This document shows, in pieces, positions 1 through 9,955 of a stretch of DNA of 64,000 bases (positions are counted from its first letter, which is position 1; every line of letters starts with the position of its first letter). The DNA is from a candidate division WS1 bacterium (GTDB taxonomy: Bacteria; Armatimonadota; Zipacnadia; Zipacnadales; UBA11051), in NCBI GenBank assembly GCA_012518355.1, contig JAAYSP010000014.1, forward strand, positions 5,569 to 69,568, given 5' to 3'. Made by a program: the position numbers and the translations under genes. Below the pieces are notes generated by a model. That model was given only the letters and a program-made list of their open reading frames with translations, did no database searches and had not been told where the DNA came from.

Positions 1-1736
1 CGTTTGCGCAGCATTGCAGCCATCTGCAATTCCGACAACATGCGTGCCATCGAATCGCTGAGTTTGTGCACTTCGTCTTCACCCCGGCTCACCAGAGGCA
101 CAGTCAGGTCGCCGGCAGCAATTCTACTGGCTGCCACAGTCAACCTTTCCAGGGGCCGCACGAGCCGTGCTGACAGATGGGTACTCACCAGTATGCCGAC
201 GATTATGAGCAGCACTGCAAGAGAGAAATAGCGAACGGTGATTTCTGATGCCGCGCGACGAGCTATGCTCTTGCGGCAGCCCATCTTCAGCACCTGGGGG
301 TAGCCTTCAAGCTCTGCGGTCAGGGAGATGACACCCTCATCACCGCGAAAGTGTTGGTCACCAGTCAGGTCCAGAAGCTGCTGTCCTACCACGTCAACCG
401 CCGGGTGCTCTTGCTTGCCCTCCTCTGTTCGCCGCAAGATCGCGGGGTCTGCTGCATAGGCCAGTATGCCATCGTGCCCGTCGAGAAGTATGACATATAG
501 CACCTGCACCGAATATACTCGCCCCTGGATCTTGTGATGGACCAGGCGTCGCAGAAGTTGCTGGTAGCTGGACCTATCGGGCGGCTGTCCCAGCGTTTGG
601 TACTGCAACACCATATAGGCGGTCTCCCCCATCGCAAGCCGCACGTGATCGCTGATAACGCTGTTTGTGTGCCTGATGGCCAGATACGTGCCCGATAGCA
701 GGGTTACCACCACCGTGACCGATACCAGGATCGCGATCTTGGTCTTGAGACTTGACGCCCAGGGGCGAGAAACTCGTTCGACGGCCTGCTGCTCCGGTGT
801 TACTGGTGCCTCTTCCATCTGTTGGCGGGCGGTCCGCACTACGATGAGGTAAGCCCCGAATACCAGAACGGCAATGCCGGCGATATGATAGGCGTTCAGC
901 GTCTCCCCCAGCACGATCCAACACACGATGACGGTGACAATTGCCCCCAGAAGCTTTAGCGTTACTGCAACATGTGCGGGAATTTCGCTCAGACCACGAT
1001 AGTACAACACCATGGAGAGGCTGGTGCTGATCCCGGCCAGTGCTAACACCAACAGCCAACTGTTGACACTCAGTTGCAGAAGCCCCATATACTGGCCGCC
1101 ACCGAGCGAGATCAAGCCGGTCAACAAGAAACCTACTCCGAAGCGCCACATGGCCACAGTGGAAGGGGTGAACTTGCGCAAGGCACTTTTGCCCAAGATT
1201 TCGGCTGCCGCGCGCAGGATACCGGCGCCCAGTGCCAGCGCATCGCCCACCAGGTGTTGCCTGGCGACGCCTATGCCAAATGCGAGTTCGCCAAGCCCGA
1301 TTAGCAGTGCAGCAGCAACCATCATCAAGACAAGGAAAAAGCGAGCCCAGGTTATCCGTTCGCGAAGGGTGAAGTAGGCCAGAAAAGATACGAAAATAGG
1401 GGCGGTTTTGGAGATGGCATTAGCGATACCGGCATGTGAGTAGTCTATGGCGGCCGTAAACAGCAACGCGCCGAAGCCCGAACCAAGCAGGCCTACCAGG
1501 AAGAGGGCCACCCAATCACGACGACGTGGCTTGCCTGCCTCAGCCTGCTTGACATCATGCCTACGCCCGAAGGGAAAAAGAAAGGCAGCAGCCAGCAGGT
1601 AACGTGATGCCACCACGGTGGCCTGGGATAGGTCTGCCAGCAGAAGCTTGGTGAAGACCGGCGAAAGGCCCTGTAGCAGCACCCCTGCTATCAGAAAGAA
1701 ATAGGGCGTGAAATGGCTTCGGCGTGTCAGCATTTG
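1..1736 (-). CDS. Partial gene (C-terminus beyond window start): N-terminal EamA/DMT-type 10-TM permease domain fused in one open frame to a two-TM periplasmic sensor module and a HAMP domain
   Basis: Hand translation of minus frame 0 from ATG at 1734-1736 (MLTRRSHFTPYFFLIAGVLLQGLSPVFTKLLL...) to position 3 finds no stop. The permease-like hydrophobic block (~300 aa) is followed by MEEAPVTPEQ..., a TM (AILVSVTVVVTLL), a ~130-aa soluble segment, a second TM (YFSLAVLLIIVGILV) and a HAMP-like segment (LSARLVRPLERLTVAASRIAAGDLTVPLVSRGEDEVHKLSDSMARMLSEL). The gene is absent from the ORF track because it runs off the window edge. Confidence 0.5.
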
Positions 1737-1751
1737 CCCGACGCGCCCTTT

Positions 1752-2531
1752 CTAGTCCTGCGCAAACGGAAATATCAGCCGGGCCTGTTCACCACTGACC
1801 CAGCCGTGTCCACCGGCTCCGGTCTGAATCTCTATATACCGGCCCTGAGTCTGAACCAACTTGACTTCTGTCCCTGCTCCTAACCGTGCCAGGGGTTCAA
1901 AATGCTGCCCGGGACCACTGTACATTTCCGCATCAGACAGCACAATCGCCTGCCCTCCAGCGTAATCGCGTTGCCATTTGGCATAACTCAATCCCGCACT
2001 GATGCAGAAAACTAACAGTGATGCAATCAGCAGCACGCTAACCAAGCGTCTGCGACTGCGTATGCGCCAAATAGCCATCGCGACTGCCAACCAATAGAAG
2101 CTCATCGTGATGGCGGCCAGTTCGTTTATCGTTAGCCGCGACAACAGCCAAACCAGCACCATCCTCATCCAGCTCTCCGCCTCCCAACTGGATGGCTGAC
2201 GTGCTACCTGACTCTCCAGGTTCGCTAAGTTGTGGATGATATCGCGGTCGCGTGGTGCTAGCAGTAGCGCTCGACGGTAGTTCAGCATCCCTGCCCCCAG
2301 GTCACCGTTCTGAGCATACGCATTCCCCAGATTGTAGTAGACTACCGCAGAGTGCGCTCCGCCAGCGAGCATGGTTTCATAGATTTGTGCCGCAGCCTGA
2401 TAGTCACCGGCCAGGTACAACTCGTTTGCCTGTGCGAACTCATCAGTGGATTGTGTCAGTTGTCCCGTCTCCGTGTCAGCCCATCCCCAGCCTGTCAGAA
2501 GGAGAGCGACAGCGATCCCGAGGTAGCACAT
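1752..2531 (-). CDS. batE: BatE-like protein (TPR repeats, C-terminal SH3b-like domain), last gene of the Bat operon
   Basis: 259 aa. Signal/TM N-terminus, TPR-like YYNLGNAYAQNGD and LNYRRALLLAP motifs, internal TM, C-terminal SH3-like beta region. Position is downstream of batD. Confidence 0.55.
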   Translation of the reverse strand: MCYLGIAVALLLTGWGWADTETGQLTQSTDEFAQANELYLAGDYQAAAQIYETMLAGGAHSAVVYYNLGNAYAQNGDLGAGMLNYRRALLLAPRDRDIIHNLANLESQVARQPSSWEAESWMRMVLVWLLSRLTINELAAITMSFYWLAVAMAIWRIRSRRRLVSVLLIASLLVFCISAGLSYAKWQRDYAGGQAIVLSDAEMYSGPGQHFEPLARLGAGTEVKLVQTQGRYIEIQTGAGGHGWVSGEQARLIFPFAQD

Positions 2532-2532
2532 G

Positions 2533-4308
2533 TCAGCCCCTCCTCGGTCGCACGGTTTGCAGGCGCCGTAGCACCTGCACCGTCTCTGCCAGCATCTCGT
2601 TATGTTCGGTTGGACTGCCTACAGCAAAGCGCCCTCGGTCACACTTTTCCAGCAAATGCTGCACGCGACCGACAAGTTCGTCGTCTACCTGTTGTGAGCG
2701 TAGGGCGGCTAAAGCCTCCTGGGTGGATATGTCGGCTGCCTGAAGCCCGAACTTGTGGGCGATGAAGTCAGTGACCCCGTGAGCGGCTGACGCACAAAAC
2801 GCACTGCTGTCACCGCGCTTGATAGCTGCGCGAGCCTCGGCCAGGTGCTGTTGAGCCATGCGTGGTGCCTGCAGCGATCGAGCCAGTACAGGGTCAGAAA
2901 GCAGTGCGCTGCGACGGTGGGACATGTATGCTGACAGGAGCAACAGTAGCAACGGGATCGCTTGCACCCACCAAAACCAATTGGCCGTAAACAGTGGAGT
3001 GCTGCCTACTCTGTCCGGTCTGCCCAGTTTGATTTGCCGCATCTGGTCATCAGGCTGCTCAGGGGGCTCCTCTACAGCTATACCGGGTTCTATATGTATG
3101 ATCACTGAATCGGTGCTGGCTGTGTCATATCGGCCCCGCTGGGGGTCGAAATACACCACATCGAGTGGCGGTATGTTCAGCGTGCCGGACTGTTTGGCCA
3201 GCGCCAGAAAGTCAAAGCGAGCCTCACCCCCAACAGCATCAGAGGCACCACCATAGCCCACCTGAACATCCCGGTCCTCTCTGGATTTGTAGATGTTCAC
3301 CCAGTCGGGAACTCGCGGTGTAGGCGCGCCGAGTGAGTGCACGTTACCCGTCCCACGGATTGTCAGAGAGAGCGTGAAGGTTTCGCCAGATTTAACCGCA
3401 TCTCGATCGGATGTCAGGTGTGCAGTGAATCGTCCAACCGCGCCTTCAAAATGCGCGTCTGGCGGAGGCTGAGGCAGAGGTCGAACCTGCAAACGCACGC
3501 TGTTGGTGTGGCGTTCATCGGATTGACCGTATGGGGACAAACTGGTTATGACCCGCACCGGCTGAATTTCGAGTTCCCCGGCTGCAGTGGGAAACAGCGC
3601 CCAGCGTCTCTTCTGTACCAGGTACTCCCGTCCTCCTACTATCTGGGAGCTGTTGGGCGGTGCGGGGAGCTCCTTGACCACGCAATCCTCCGCACTTGGT
3701 GGTTCATATCTGGTATCCCCATACAGACTCTCCGACTGATAATAAAAGCCAAACGTTAGTACTACCTGCTGATCCACGTAAGGCTTTTCAGGCTCCGCAG
3801 ACAGTCGTAAGTCGATAGCCTGTTTTGGGGTATAGTCTCCTTCATCACGTATAGGCGGGGGCACGTCTGCCTCGTGCCCGGGCGGTGTGAACGGCGATCG
3901 TGGCGACGATCCCGCACCGGGCGTCACTGTGACTTTCACTTTGGCACTTCGGTACGTTTTGCCTGCCACCTGCACAGTAGCGGGCGAAAAAATGAAATCC
4001 CCGGATTTGGAGGCGCGCAGAGTGTAGCTGTAAGTGCGTTCAGATTGGGTGCCCCCACTGCCCATCGAGAGGCCCTGGCGAGTGCTTGTGGTGAGTGTAT
4101 CGAAGCCATCAAAATCGGGCAGTGACGGCTCAGCCTGTGTGGTCAAAGCCGACGTACCACGGATTGTCACCGTGATCTCATAAGTCAGCATCTCTCCTAC
4201 TGATACTGTACGAGGCTGTGCAGTGGCGACGATATCTACTTGCGCCCAGGCTGGCATTGTAAGTGCCACCAGTGCGACCAGGATAGTCACAAAGTATATT
4301 CTGGTCAC
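2533..4308 (-). CDS. batD: BatD-like oxygen-tolerance protein
   Basis: 591 aa. N-terminal signal peptide (ALVALTMPAWAQ), long beta-rich extracytoplasmic region, TM near the C-terminus (WFWWVQAIPLLLLLLSAY), cytoplasmic tail. Size, topology and operon position match BatD. Confidence 0.6.
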   Translation of the reverse strand: MTRIYFVTILVALVALTMPAWAQVDIVATAQPRTVSVGEMLTYEITVTIRGTSALTTQAEPSLPDFDGFDTLTTSTRQGLSMGSGGTQSERTYSYTLRASKSGDFIFSPATVQVAGKTYRSAKVKVTVTPGAGSSPRSPFTPPGHEADVPPPIRDEGDYTPKQAIDLRLSAEPEKPYVDQQVVLTFGFYYQSESLYGDTRYEPPSAEDCVVKELPAPPNSSQIVGGREYLVQKRRWALFPTAAGELEIQPVRVITSLSPYGQSDERHTNSVRLQVRPLPQPPPDAHFEGAVGRFTAHLTSDRDAVKSGETFTLSLTIRGTGNVHSLGAPTPRVPDWVNIYKSREDRDVQVGYGGASDAVGGEARFDFLALAKQSGTLNIPPLDVVYFDPQRGRYDTASTDSVIIHIEPGIAVEEPPEQPDDQMRQIKLGRPDRVGSTPLFTANWFWWVQAIPLLLLLLSAYMSHRRSALLSDPVLARSLQAPRMAQQHLAEARAAIKRGDSSAFCASAAHGVTDFIAHKFGLQAADISTQEALAALRSQQVDDELVGRVQHLLEKCDRGRFAVGSPTEHNEMLAETVQVLRRLQTVRPRRG

Positions 4309-4311
4309 ATC

Positions 4312-5055
4312 TTACCAGTCCTTGTCGAAAGGAATTGTCCGCACGGGTTCGGGTGGTTTGCGCAACTCTTTCTGAAGGTCCCTGTCCTGTTGTGAGAGTG
4401 CCTTCAAGAGACGTTCAGCCTCTTTCTGGGTCAGTTCCTGCTGATCACGCTGCGGTTGCTGATCGGCGTCACCAGGCCGATCTTCTTGCGGTTGCTCCTG
4501 TGGTTTTTCGCGTTCATCGCTGTCTTGCTTGTCGTCATCGGGCTTCTGCTCTTGTTGCTTTTGCTCCTCCTGCCCTTGCTCGTGCTGTTGTTGCTGCTGT
4601 TGGGCCAACTCCAGGTTCCATTTAGCGTTTACGTCACCAGGATTCAAGTACAGAGTACGCTTGTAGTGCTCGATGGCCTTCTCACTGTCACCCTGTCCGA
4701 GATAAGCGTTACCGGTGTTGAACTCGGATCTCTCCTGCAAGTCGCCACTGGTGCGTCTTGCCACATCCTGAAAAGTACTGATGGCGTCCTGTGATTGCTC
4801 AGCCATGTACTGGGCAGTGCCGCGGTTGAAGTGGGGTTCAGATCGGCCAGTGTATTTCTCAGCGGCCTGGTTGTACGCATCTGCAGCTTCAGCATACTGC
4901 TTTTGTTTGAACAGTTGATCGCCTTTCATCCACGGATTTCTGGCGGTGCAACCGCCAAGCAGCACTATAAAGAACGCCACAAATATGAGGCGCGAGACTG
5001 TACGATTATGCATCTGGCAGACCCCATCGTTTCGAGATTGGCCGCTGCTCGGCAA
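4312..5055 (-). CDS. batC: BatC-like TPR lipoprotein with long Gln/Glu/Asp-rich low-complexity C-terminal half
   Basis: Lipobox LLGGC. TPR motifs (AEAADAYNQAAEKY, GNAYLGQGDSEKAIEHYKRTLYLNP). Real start probably internal, MHNRTVSRLIFVAFF near 5013. Overlaps batB start. Confidence 0.55.
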   Translation of the reverse strand: MPSSGQSRNDGVCQMHNRTVSRLIFVAFFIVLLGGCTARNPWMKGDQLFKQKQYAEAADAYNQAAEKYTGRSEPHFNRGTAQYMAEQSQDAISTFQDVARRTSGDLQERSEFNTGNAYLGQGDSEKAIEHYKRTLYLNPGDVNAKWNLELAQQQQQQHEQGQEEQKQQEQKPDDDKQDSDEREKPQEQPQEDRPGDADQQPQRDQQELTQKEAERLLKALSQQDRDLQKELRKPPEPVRTIPFDKDW

Positions 5056-6046
5056 TCAGAGACTCGGCAATCAGAAGCAGTATCGCCAACAACAGCGGCC
5101 AGTGGAAACGCTCGGCATAGTCGGCGTAGACATAAGTGCCGACCTGCACGCCTTCGAGGCTGTCGATCCGGCCGGATATGAGCGCAACTGCCCCCGATTC
5201 GGTGAGCCTGCGATAGACACCGTTGCCGGCACGTGCGATCTGCTTCAGCTCGTCCTCGTACAGCTTAGTGATGACTACCTCACCGTCTCTGTCGCGCTTG
5301 AAGTCGGTAACTGTGCCATCGGGTGCCACTAACGGTATCGCGTCACCTTCGGCAGTGCCAACTCCTAGTACCATGATAGTCGCACCAGTCTCTCGGTTGA
5401 TCTCGTTGGCCCGCTCGAGAGCTCCTGTACTGTGATCTTCGCCATCACTGACTAACACCAGGGCCCGGTATTTGCCTGCCGCTTCACCCAGCATCTGTTC
5501 GCCGATGGTCAGAGCCTGGCCTATGGCAGTTCCCGGCTGCGGGGTCGAGTCCATGTCCACAGCCTCCAGAAACATCAACGCTGCATCATGGTCACTCGTC
5601 AGCGGGCAGTATCGGAAGGCGTTGCCTGCGAACAGCACCAGACCTACCCGGTCGCTACCCAATCTCCCGATGATTTCCGTAATCGCTTGTTTGGCTGCAC
5701 TCATACGACTGGGTTTGACGTCACGGGCGGCCATACTCAGGCTGGTGTCCAGGACGATGACGATTTCTACGCCCTCGCGCCGTGCGCGCTCTCTTCTGGC
5801 TCCTATCAGAGGCTGAGCAAGAGCCACGATGAGCATGGTTGTGGCTACCATGAGCAGCAGGAACTTGAAATTTCGACGACGCAACACTGAAGCCATTGCG
5901 GTACGCTCAGCAGTCAGCTCCGGAAAAATCAACTGCAGCGCCCGCCGTCGCTGGCGCATGGCCCACAGGTGCAGTATCAAGAGCACCGGCAGCAGCCACA
6001 GGTAGACAAGCGCCGATGGATTGCCCCACTGGAAAAAATCAGTCAT
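5006..6046 (-). CDS. batB: BatB, vWA-domain membrane protein
   Basis: 346 aa. Two N-terminal TMs, vWA domain with MIDAS-like IVIVLDTSLSM and VLVSDGEDH, C-terminal TM. Confidence 0.7.
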   Translation of the reverse strand: MTDFFQWGNPSALVYLWLLPVLLILHLWAMRQRRRALQLIFPELTAERTAMASVLRRRNFKFLLLMVATTMLIVALAQPLIGARRERARREGVEIVIVLDTSLSMAARDVKPSRMSAAKQAITEIIGRLGSDRVGLVLFAGNAFRYCPLTSDHDAALMFLEAVDMDSTPQPGTAIGQALTIGEQMLGEAAGKYRALVLVSDGEDHSTGALERANEINRETGATIMVLGVGTAEGDAIPLVAPDGTVTDFKRDRDGEVVITKLYEDELKQIARAGNGVYRRLTESGAVALISGRIDSLEGVQVGTYVYADYAERFHWPLLLAILLLIAESLIAEQRPISKRWGLPDA

Positions 6047-6052
6047 GCAACT

Positions 6053-7024
6053 TTATGGTGCCTTTCTCAGCCAGGTGGCGCCGAACACAAACTGAGCAAG
6101 CAGTATCACCAGGCCGGGCCATACAAAGCGACCATAAAACTGCTTGTATTCGGTCTCACTTGGGCCCTTAAACTCAGACTTCTCCATGCGATCGATATCA
6201 TCGTAAATCTTGCGCAATGTGTCAGCATCGCTAGCCAGGAAGTAGTGCCCCGCTTCTGCAGCGATCTTTTTCAGTGTCTCTTCATCTAGATCAGCTCGTG
6301 GCCCTCCACTGGCGATGGCGGTGAACGCATCAGCCTGCTCTTTTCGTCCCACTCCTATAGCATATATCTTGATGCCCAGAGAGGCAGCGATGCGCGCGGC
6401 GGTCACCGGCTCGATCTCACCGGCGTTGTTTGCGCCATCTGTAAGTAGGATTATGACCTTGCTCTTGGCATCGGAGGCAGCCAGTCTATTCGCGGCAGTA
6501 GCGATCGCCATGCCGATGGCGGTCCCGTCAGGCAGCATTCCGATATGCACATCGTCGAGCAGTTGCGTGAGAAGGGTATGGTCTGCCGTCAGTGGGGCTT
6601 GTGTGAAAGCCTGATGTGCGAACACTACAAGTCCCAGCCGGTTTTGTCCCGCACGAGCTATGAAGTCACTGATGACCAGCCTGGCTACCTCGAACCGGCT
6701 CTGTGCCCCCATGTCAACCGATCTCATGCTCCCCGATATGTCCAGAGCAAGGATGATGTCTATACCCGCTCCGCCGGTGCGTTTGACCCCCACCGGGACC
6801 TGAGGCCCCGCCAGGCCGATGATCAGCAGCATAAGCGCCACTGTTCGTAGCACTGGCAGTTTGCGTGCAAACCAGACGCGAGGGCTTCGGGCTGCACCAG
6901 TCAGCAGGCCAACATCGGAGTACACCACTCTGCCGCTGCCCTGGCGCAGAGGCCGAACCTGCCGCAGCCCTATATAGATTGCGACTGGAAGCCCCAGCAG
7001 TACCCATGGGAAGGCAAAGCTCAT
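6053..7024 (-). CDS. batA: BatA, vWA-domain membrane protein
   Basis: 323 aa. N-terminal TMs, vWA MIDAS motifs IILALDISGSM and ILLTDGANN, C-terminal TM. Confidence 0.7.
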   Translation of the reverse strand: MSFAFPWVLLGLPVAIYIGLRQVRPLRQGSGRVVYSDVGLLTGAARSPRVWFARKLPVLRTVALMLLIIGLAGPQVPVGVKRTGGAGIDIILALDISGSMRSVDMGAQSRFEVARLVISDFIARAGQNRLGLVVFAHQAFTQAPLTADHTLLTQLLDDVHIGMLPDGTAIGMAIATAANRLAASDAKSKVIILLTDGANNAGEIEPVTAARIAASLGIKIYAIGVGRKEQADAFTAIASGGPRADLDEETLKKIAAEAGHYFLASDADTLRKIYDDIDRMEKSEFKGPSETEYKQFYGRFVWPGLVILLAQFVFGATWLRKAP

Positions 7025-8019
7025 GCGGCTGCCCCCTCGTCGGGCTCGGTGCCCTGGGCGGCGTCCGGTTTAGGCTCCACCGGTGCCTCACGCTCGAGCA
7101 GCCGGACTGCGAGATCCAGGTCGCCATAGGCAACACCATCATCTGGTGTCCATTTGGCGAATTTGACCAGATCGCCACGCCGAAGCAGCTCGATGTACTG
7201 TTCCTGCCAGTCAGCCTGGAGGTCACTGTTTCTCAGATCATAGCGAATTAGGCCGGTAGTCAGCTCCATAGCGCGTATATCAATGCGGTACTCGAGCCAC
7301 CGCCGCATGATATCACTCAGCTCCGAGTAAAACGCCTTCAATTGACCGCTACCGATGAGACTGCTATCACCAAGCTTCTGCAGTGCCAGACATGCTGCCT
7401 CGTGAGGCGTTAACGGGATCTCGACCGCACCTTGCGCAGAACGCTTCCGTCTTGCCCAGAGCCATGCTGTCACCACCACGACCACAAGCACGGCCAGAGC
7501 AATGCCAAGCGGCTTCAGCCACGAATGCCACCACGGGGCAAAAAACAACGGACCATAGATGGGCTTGGGGTCAGCACCCTGAGGCGGTAGTACACTCTCC
7601 ACCGTGATCTTGACTGGAGGGGCCAGATATTTGTCGGTACGCAACTGGCCATCCACAGTTCGCTCAGCCTGCACCTCGAAATCAGCTATCTGCTTTTCCC
7701 CTACCGTAAAAGTGACGAGTTGGTAGCGGATTTCTATCTGCTGGGTACCGTCCGGCAGTGTGGTTGTCTCTTCCTGGTAATCGCGGACTTCAAAGCCGGG
7801 GAACTCAGCATCAGCGCCGGGGAGCACGGGGCGACTATCGGCAGGCAGTTGCACTGTCGCTGTATACCAGAAAAGATCGCCCACGGTCAGATGCGTGGCA
7901 TCAGCAGAGGCTTTTATGCCTCCGAGAGATGCACTGTCAGCGTATGCGCTTGCACAAAACATCGCCACCGTCGTGACGCATACCACTACTACTAGGTTTG
8001 ATATCTCGCACCTGGTCAT
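7021..8019 (-). CDS. Bat-operon membrane protein (signal peptide, beta-rich ectodomain, single TM, cytoplasmic DUF4381-like tail)
   Basis: 332 aa. Signal peptide, TM (LGIALAVLVVVVVTAWLWA). Position between DUF58 and batA matches the third gene of Bat operons. 4-bp overlaps with both neighbours. Confidence 0.4.
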   Translation of the reverse strand: MTRCEISNLVVVVCVTTVAMFCASAYADSASLGGIKASADATHLTVGDLFWYTATVQLPADSRPVLPGADAEFPGFEVRDYQEETTTLPDGTQQIEIRYQLVTFTVGEKQIADFEVQAERTVDGQLRTDKYLAPPVKITVESVLPPQGADPKPIYGPLFFAPWWHSWLKPLGIALAVLVVVVVTAWLWARRKRSAQGAVEIPLTPHEAACLALQKLGDSSLIGSGQLKAFYSELSDIMRRWLEYRIDIRAMELTTGLIRYDLRNSDLQADWQEQYIELLRRGDLVKFAKWTPDDGVAYGDLDLAVRLLEREAPVEPKPDAAQGTEPDEGAAA

Positions 8020-8897
8020 CGTCTCTTCCGTGCGCGTCTATCGAAAAATTCCATGAGGGGGCTGACCGGTGACTCTCCGGCATAGATCGAGATGTAGTCA
8101 CCGCCCGCAGAATTGATGTCCGCGGCGCGTTGTTCGGCGGCGGCTTGCTGGTTGCCTGCAAAACTCCTGACAAACCGGCTGTAGCTGAGATCAGCAAGAA
8201 CACGCTTGCCCGTTTCTGCATCCTCTAACTCGACAAGTCCGGTTGCGGGCAGTGAGCGTTCTGTACGATCAGGCACCTCTATGGCCACCACGTCATGACG
8301 ACGGGCCAGTGTAGCCAGAGGTTTCAGATAGTTGTCATCCTGAAAATCACTTATGACGAATATGATTGCTCTGCGCGTCAGAATGCGGCCCGTGTACTCC
8401 AGTGCACGAGCGATGTCGGTAGTAACTGCCTGTGGCTGGAAGAAGAGTATGTTGCGGATCAGCTGTAGTACCTGTCTCCTGCCCTTCTTCGGAGGCTGAT
8501 ACAGTTCAGCATCCTCCGTGAACATCACTGCGCCGACTTTATCCTGATTGCGGATGGCAGAGAAGGCCAAAGTCGCGGCGATCTCGGCCATCGTCTCCGC
8601 TTTAGTTTCAACTGCGGTGCCGTAGTGCACGCTGGCCGACGCGTCCACGACGAGCATGACAGTCAGTTCGCGCTCTTCCACGAATTGCTTGACATGCAGG
8701 CTTCCGGCCCTGGCTGATACTCGCCAGTCTATGGTGCGAACATCGTCACCTGGATGGTATTGCCTGACCTCTGCAAACTCCACGCCCCGGCCACGGAAAG
8801 CGCTCTCGTATTGACCTGCGAACATATCGTTGGCCAGGTGATCCGAGTAGATCTCGATGCGGCGAATTCTGCGCATCAGTTCCTCAGGGGTCAGCAA
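8016..8897 (-). CDS. DUF58-family protein (vWA-like, MoxR partner)
   Basis: 293 aa. Conserved DUF58 motifs GDDVRTIDWRVSAR and MLVVDASASV. Immediately downstream of moxR. Confidence 0.7.
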   Translation of the reverse strand: MLTPEELMRRIRRIEIYSDHLANDMFAGQYESAFRGRGVEFAEVRQYHPGDDVRTIDWRVSARAGSLHVKQFVEERELTVMLVVDASASVHYGTAVETKAETMAEIAATLAFSAIRNQDKVGAVMFTEDAELYQPPKKGRRQVLQLIRNILFFQPQAVTTDIARALEYTGRILTRRAIIFVISDFQDDNYLKPLATLARRHDVVAIEVPDRTERSLPATGLVELEDAETGKRVLADLSYSRFVRSFAGNQQAAAEQRAADINSAGGDYISIYAGESPVSPLMEFFDRRARKRR

Positions 8898-8947
8898 CTC
8901 GACAACCTCGATCTGTTGTGCGTTGGCGTAAATTCGTGGGACATAGC

Positions 8948-9955
8948 TCAGGGAATCTCCACGCCGCGGAATATAGTCTGCACTATGTCGTCACTGGTGA
9001 TTTCTTGTGCTTCGGCCTCATAAGAGCAGATGACACGGTGGCGCAGCACATCCATGCCCACTGCTAACACATCATCAGGCGTCACATAGCCCCGATGCTG
9101 CGTGAAGGCGTGGGCTTTCGCGCCCAAAGTCAGATAGATGGAGGCACGTGGCGAGGCACCGTACTCGATGAGCGGAGCCAACGCATCGAGATCGTACTGA
9201 GCCGGTTCACGGGTGGCGAACACCAGGTCAACTATATAGCGTTGCACCTTCTCGTCCACATAGACGGCGTTTACCAGTTCACGAGCGCGTAGCACCTGCT
9301 CGACGCTACATACATCCCGGGCCACGATCTGTTCTCCCGTAGTCCAGCGCTGGAGGATGTGGAGTTCTTCTTCCTTCGACGGATACGTGATTTTGATCTT
9401 GAACATGAACCGATCCACTTGCGCTTCCGGCAAGGGGTAGGTCCCCTCCTGTTCGATGGGGTTCTGCGTAGCCAGCACCAAAAATGGCTTTGGCAAGGGA
9501 TAGGTCTGCTCGCCGATGGTGACCTGCCGTTCCTGCATCGCTTCCAGAAGGGCACTCTGGACCTTCGCCGGCGCACGGTTTATCTCATCAGCAAGCACGA
9601 AATTGGCGAAGATGGGCCCAAGTTTCGCGTAGAATTCGTGCTCTTTTTCGTTGTATATCATCGTGCCAGTGATATCTCCGGGGAGCAGGTCCGGAGTGAA
9701 CTGTATGCGCTGGAAGGCGCCGCCGATGCACTGTGTCAGCGCACATGCCGTCATGGTTTTCGCCAGTCCTGGCACGCCCTCCAGCAATGCGTGCCCATCG
9801 GCGAGCAATGCCACCAGCAGGCCCTCAATCAGTTCAGGCTGGCCCACGATCAGCCTGCCCATTTCCTGCCTGATGTCATCCAAAAAGCGCGATTCCTGTT
9901 CGATTTGTCTGGTTAGTTCTGTGATTGTCTCTTCCACCGGGTTCATCACCTGCAC
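8948..9955 (-). CDS. moxR: MoxR-family AAA+ ATPase
   Basis: 335 aa. Walker A GVPGLAKT, Walker B FVLADEINRA, sensor region ATQNPIEQEGTYPLPEAQVDRF. Confidence 0.85.
   Translation of the reverse strand: MQVMNPVEETITELTRQIEQESRFLDDIRQEMGRLIVGQPELIEGLLVALLADGHALLEGVPGLAKTMTACALTQCIGGAFQRIQFTPDLLPGDITGTMIYNEKEHEFYAKLGPIFANFVLADEINRAPAKVQSALLEAMQERQVTIGEQTYPLPKPFLVLATQNPIEQEGTYPLPEAQVDRFMFKIKITYPSKEEELHILQRWTTGEQIVARDVCSVEQVLRARELVNAVYVDEKVQRYIVDLVFATREPAQYDLDALAPLIEYGASPRASIYLTLGAKAHAFTQHRGYVTPDDVLAVGMDVLRHRVICSYEAEAQEITSDDIVQTIFRGVEIP

Noticed and set aside
4-231. 75-aa plus-strand ORF at the window start
   Set aside because: It overlaps the well-supported minus-strand EamA-sensor-HAMP reading frame. 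Its composition is not protein-like.
574-1149. 191-aa minus-strand ORF (Arg/Gly-rich)
   Set aside because: It is an alternative frame of the EamA-sensor gene. The translation is low-complexity nonsense.
4456-4794. Leu-rich 112-aa plus-strand ORF (LLLLLLLPLLVLLLLL)
   Set aside because: It is the antisense reading of the BatC poly-Gln/Glu codon run (CAG/CTG), an artefact of low-complexity coding DNA.
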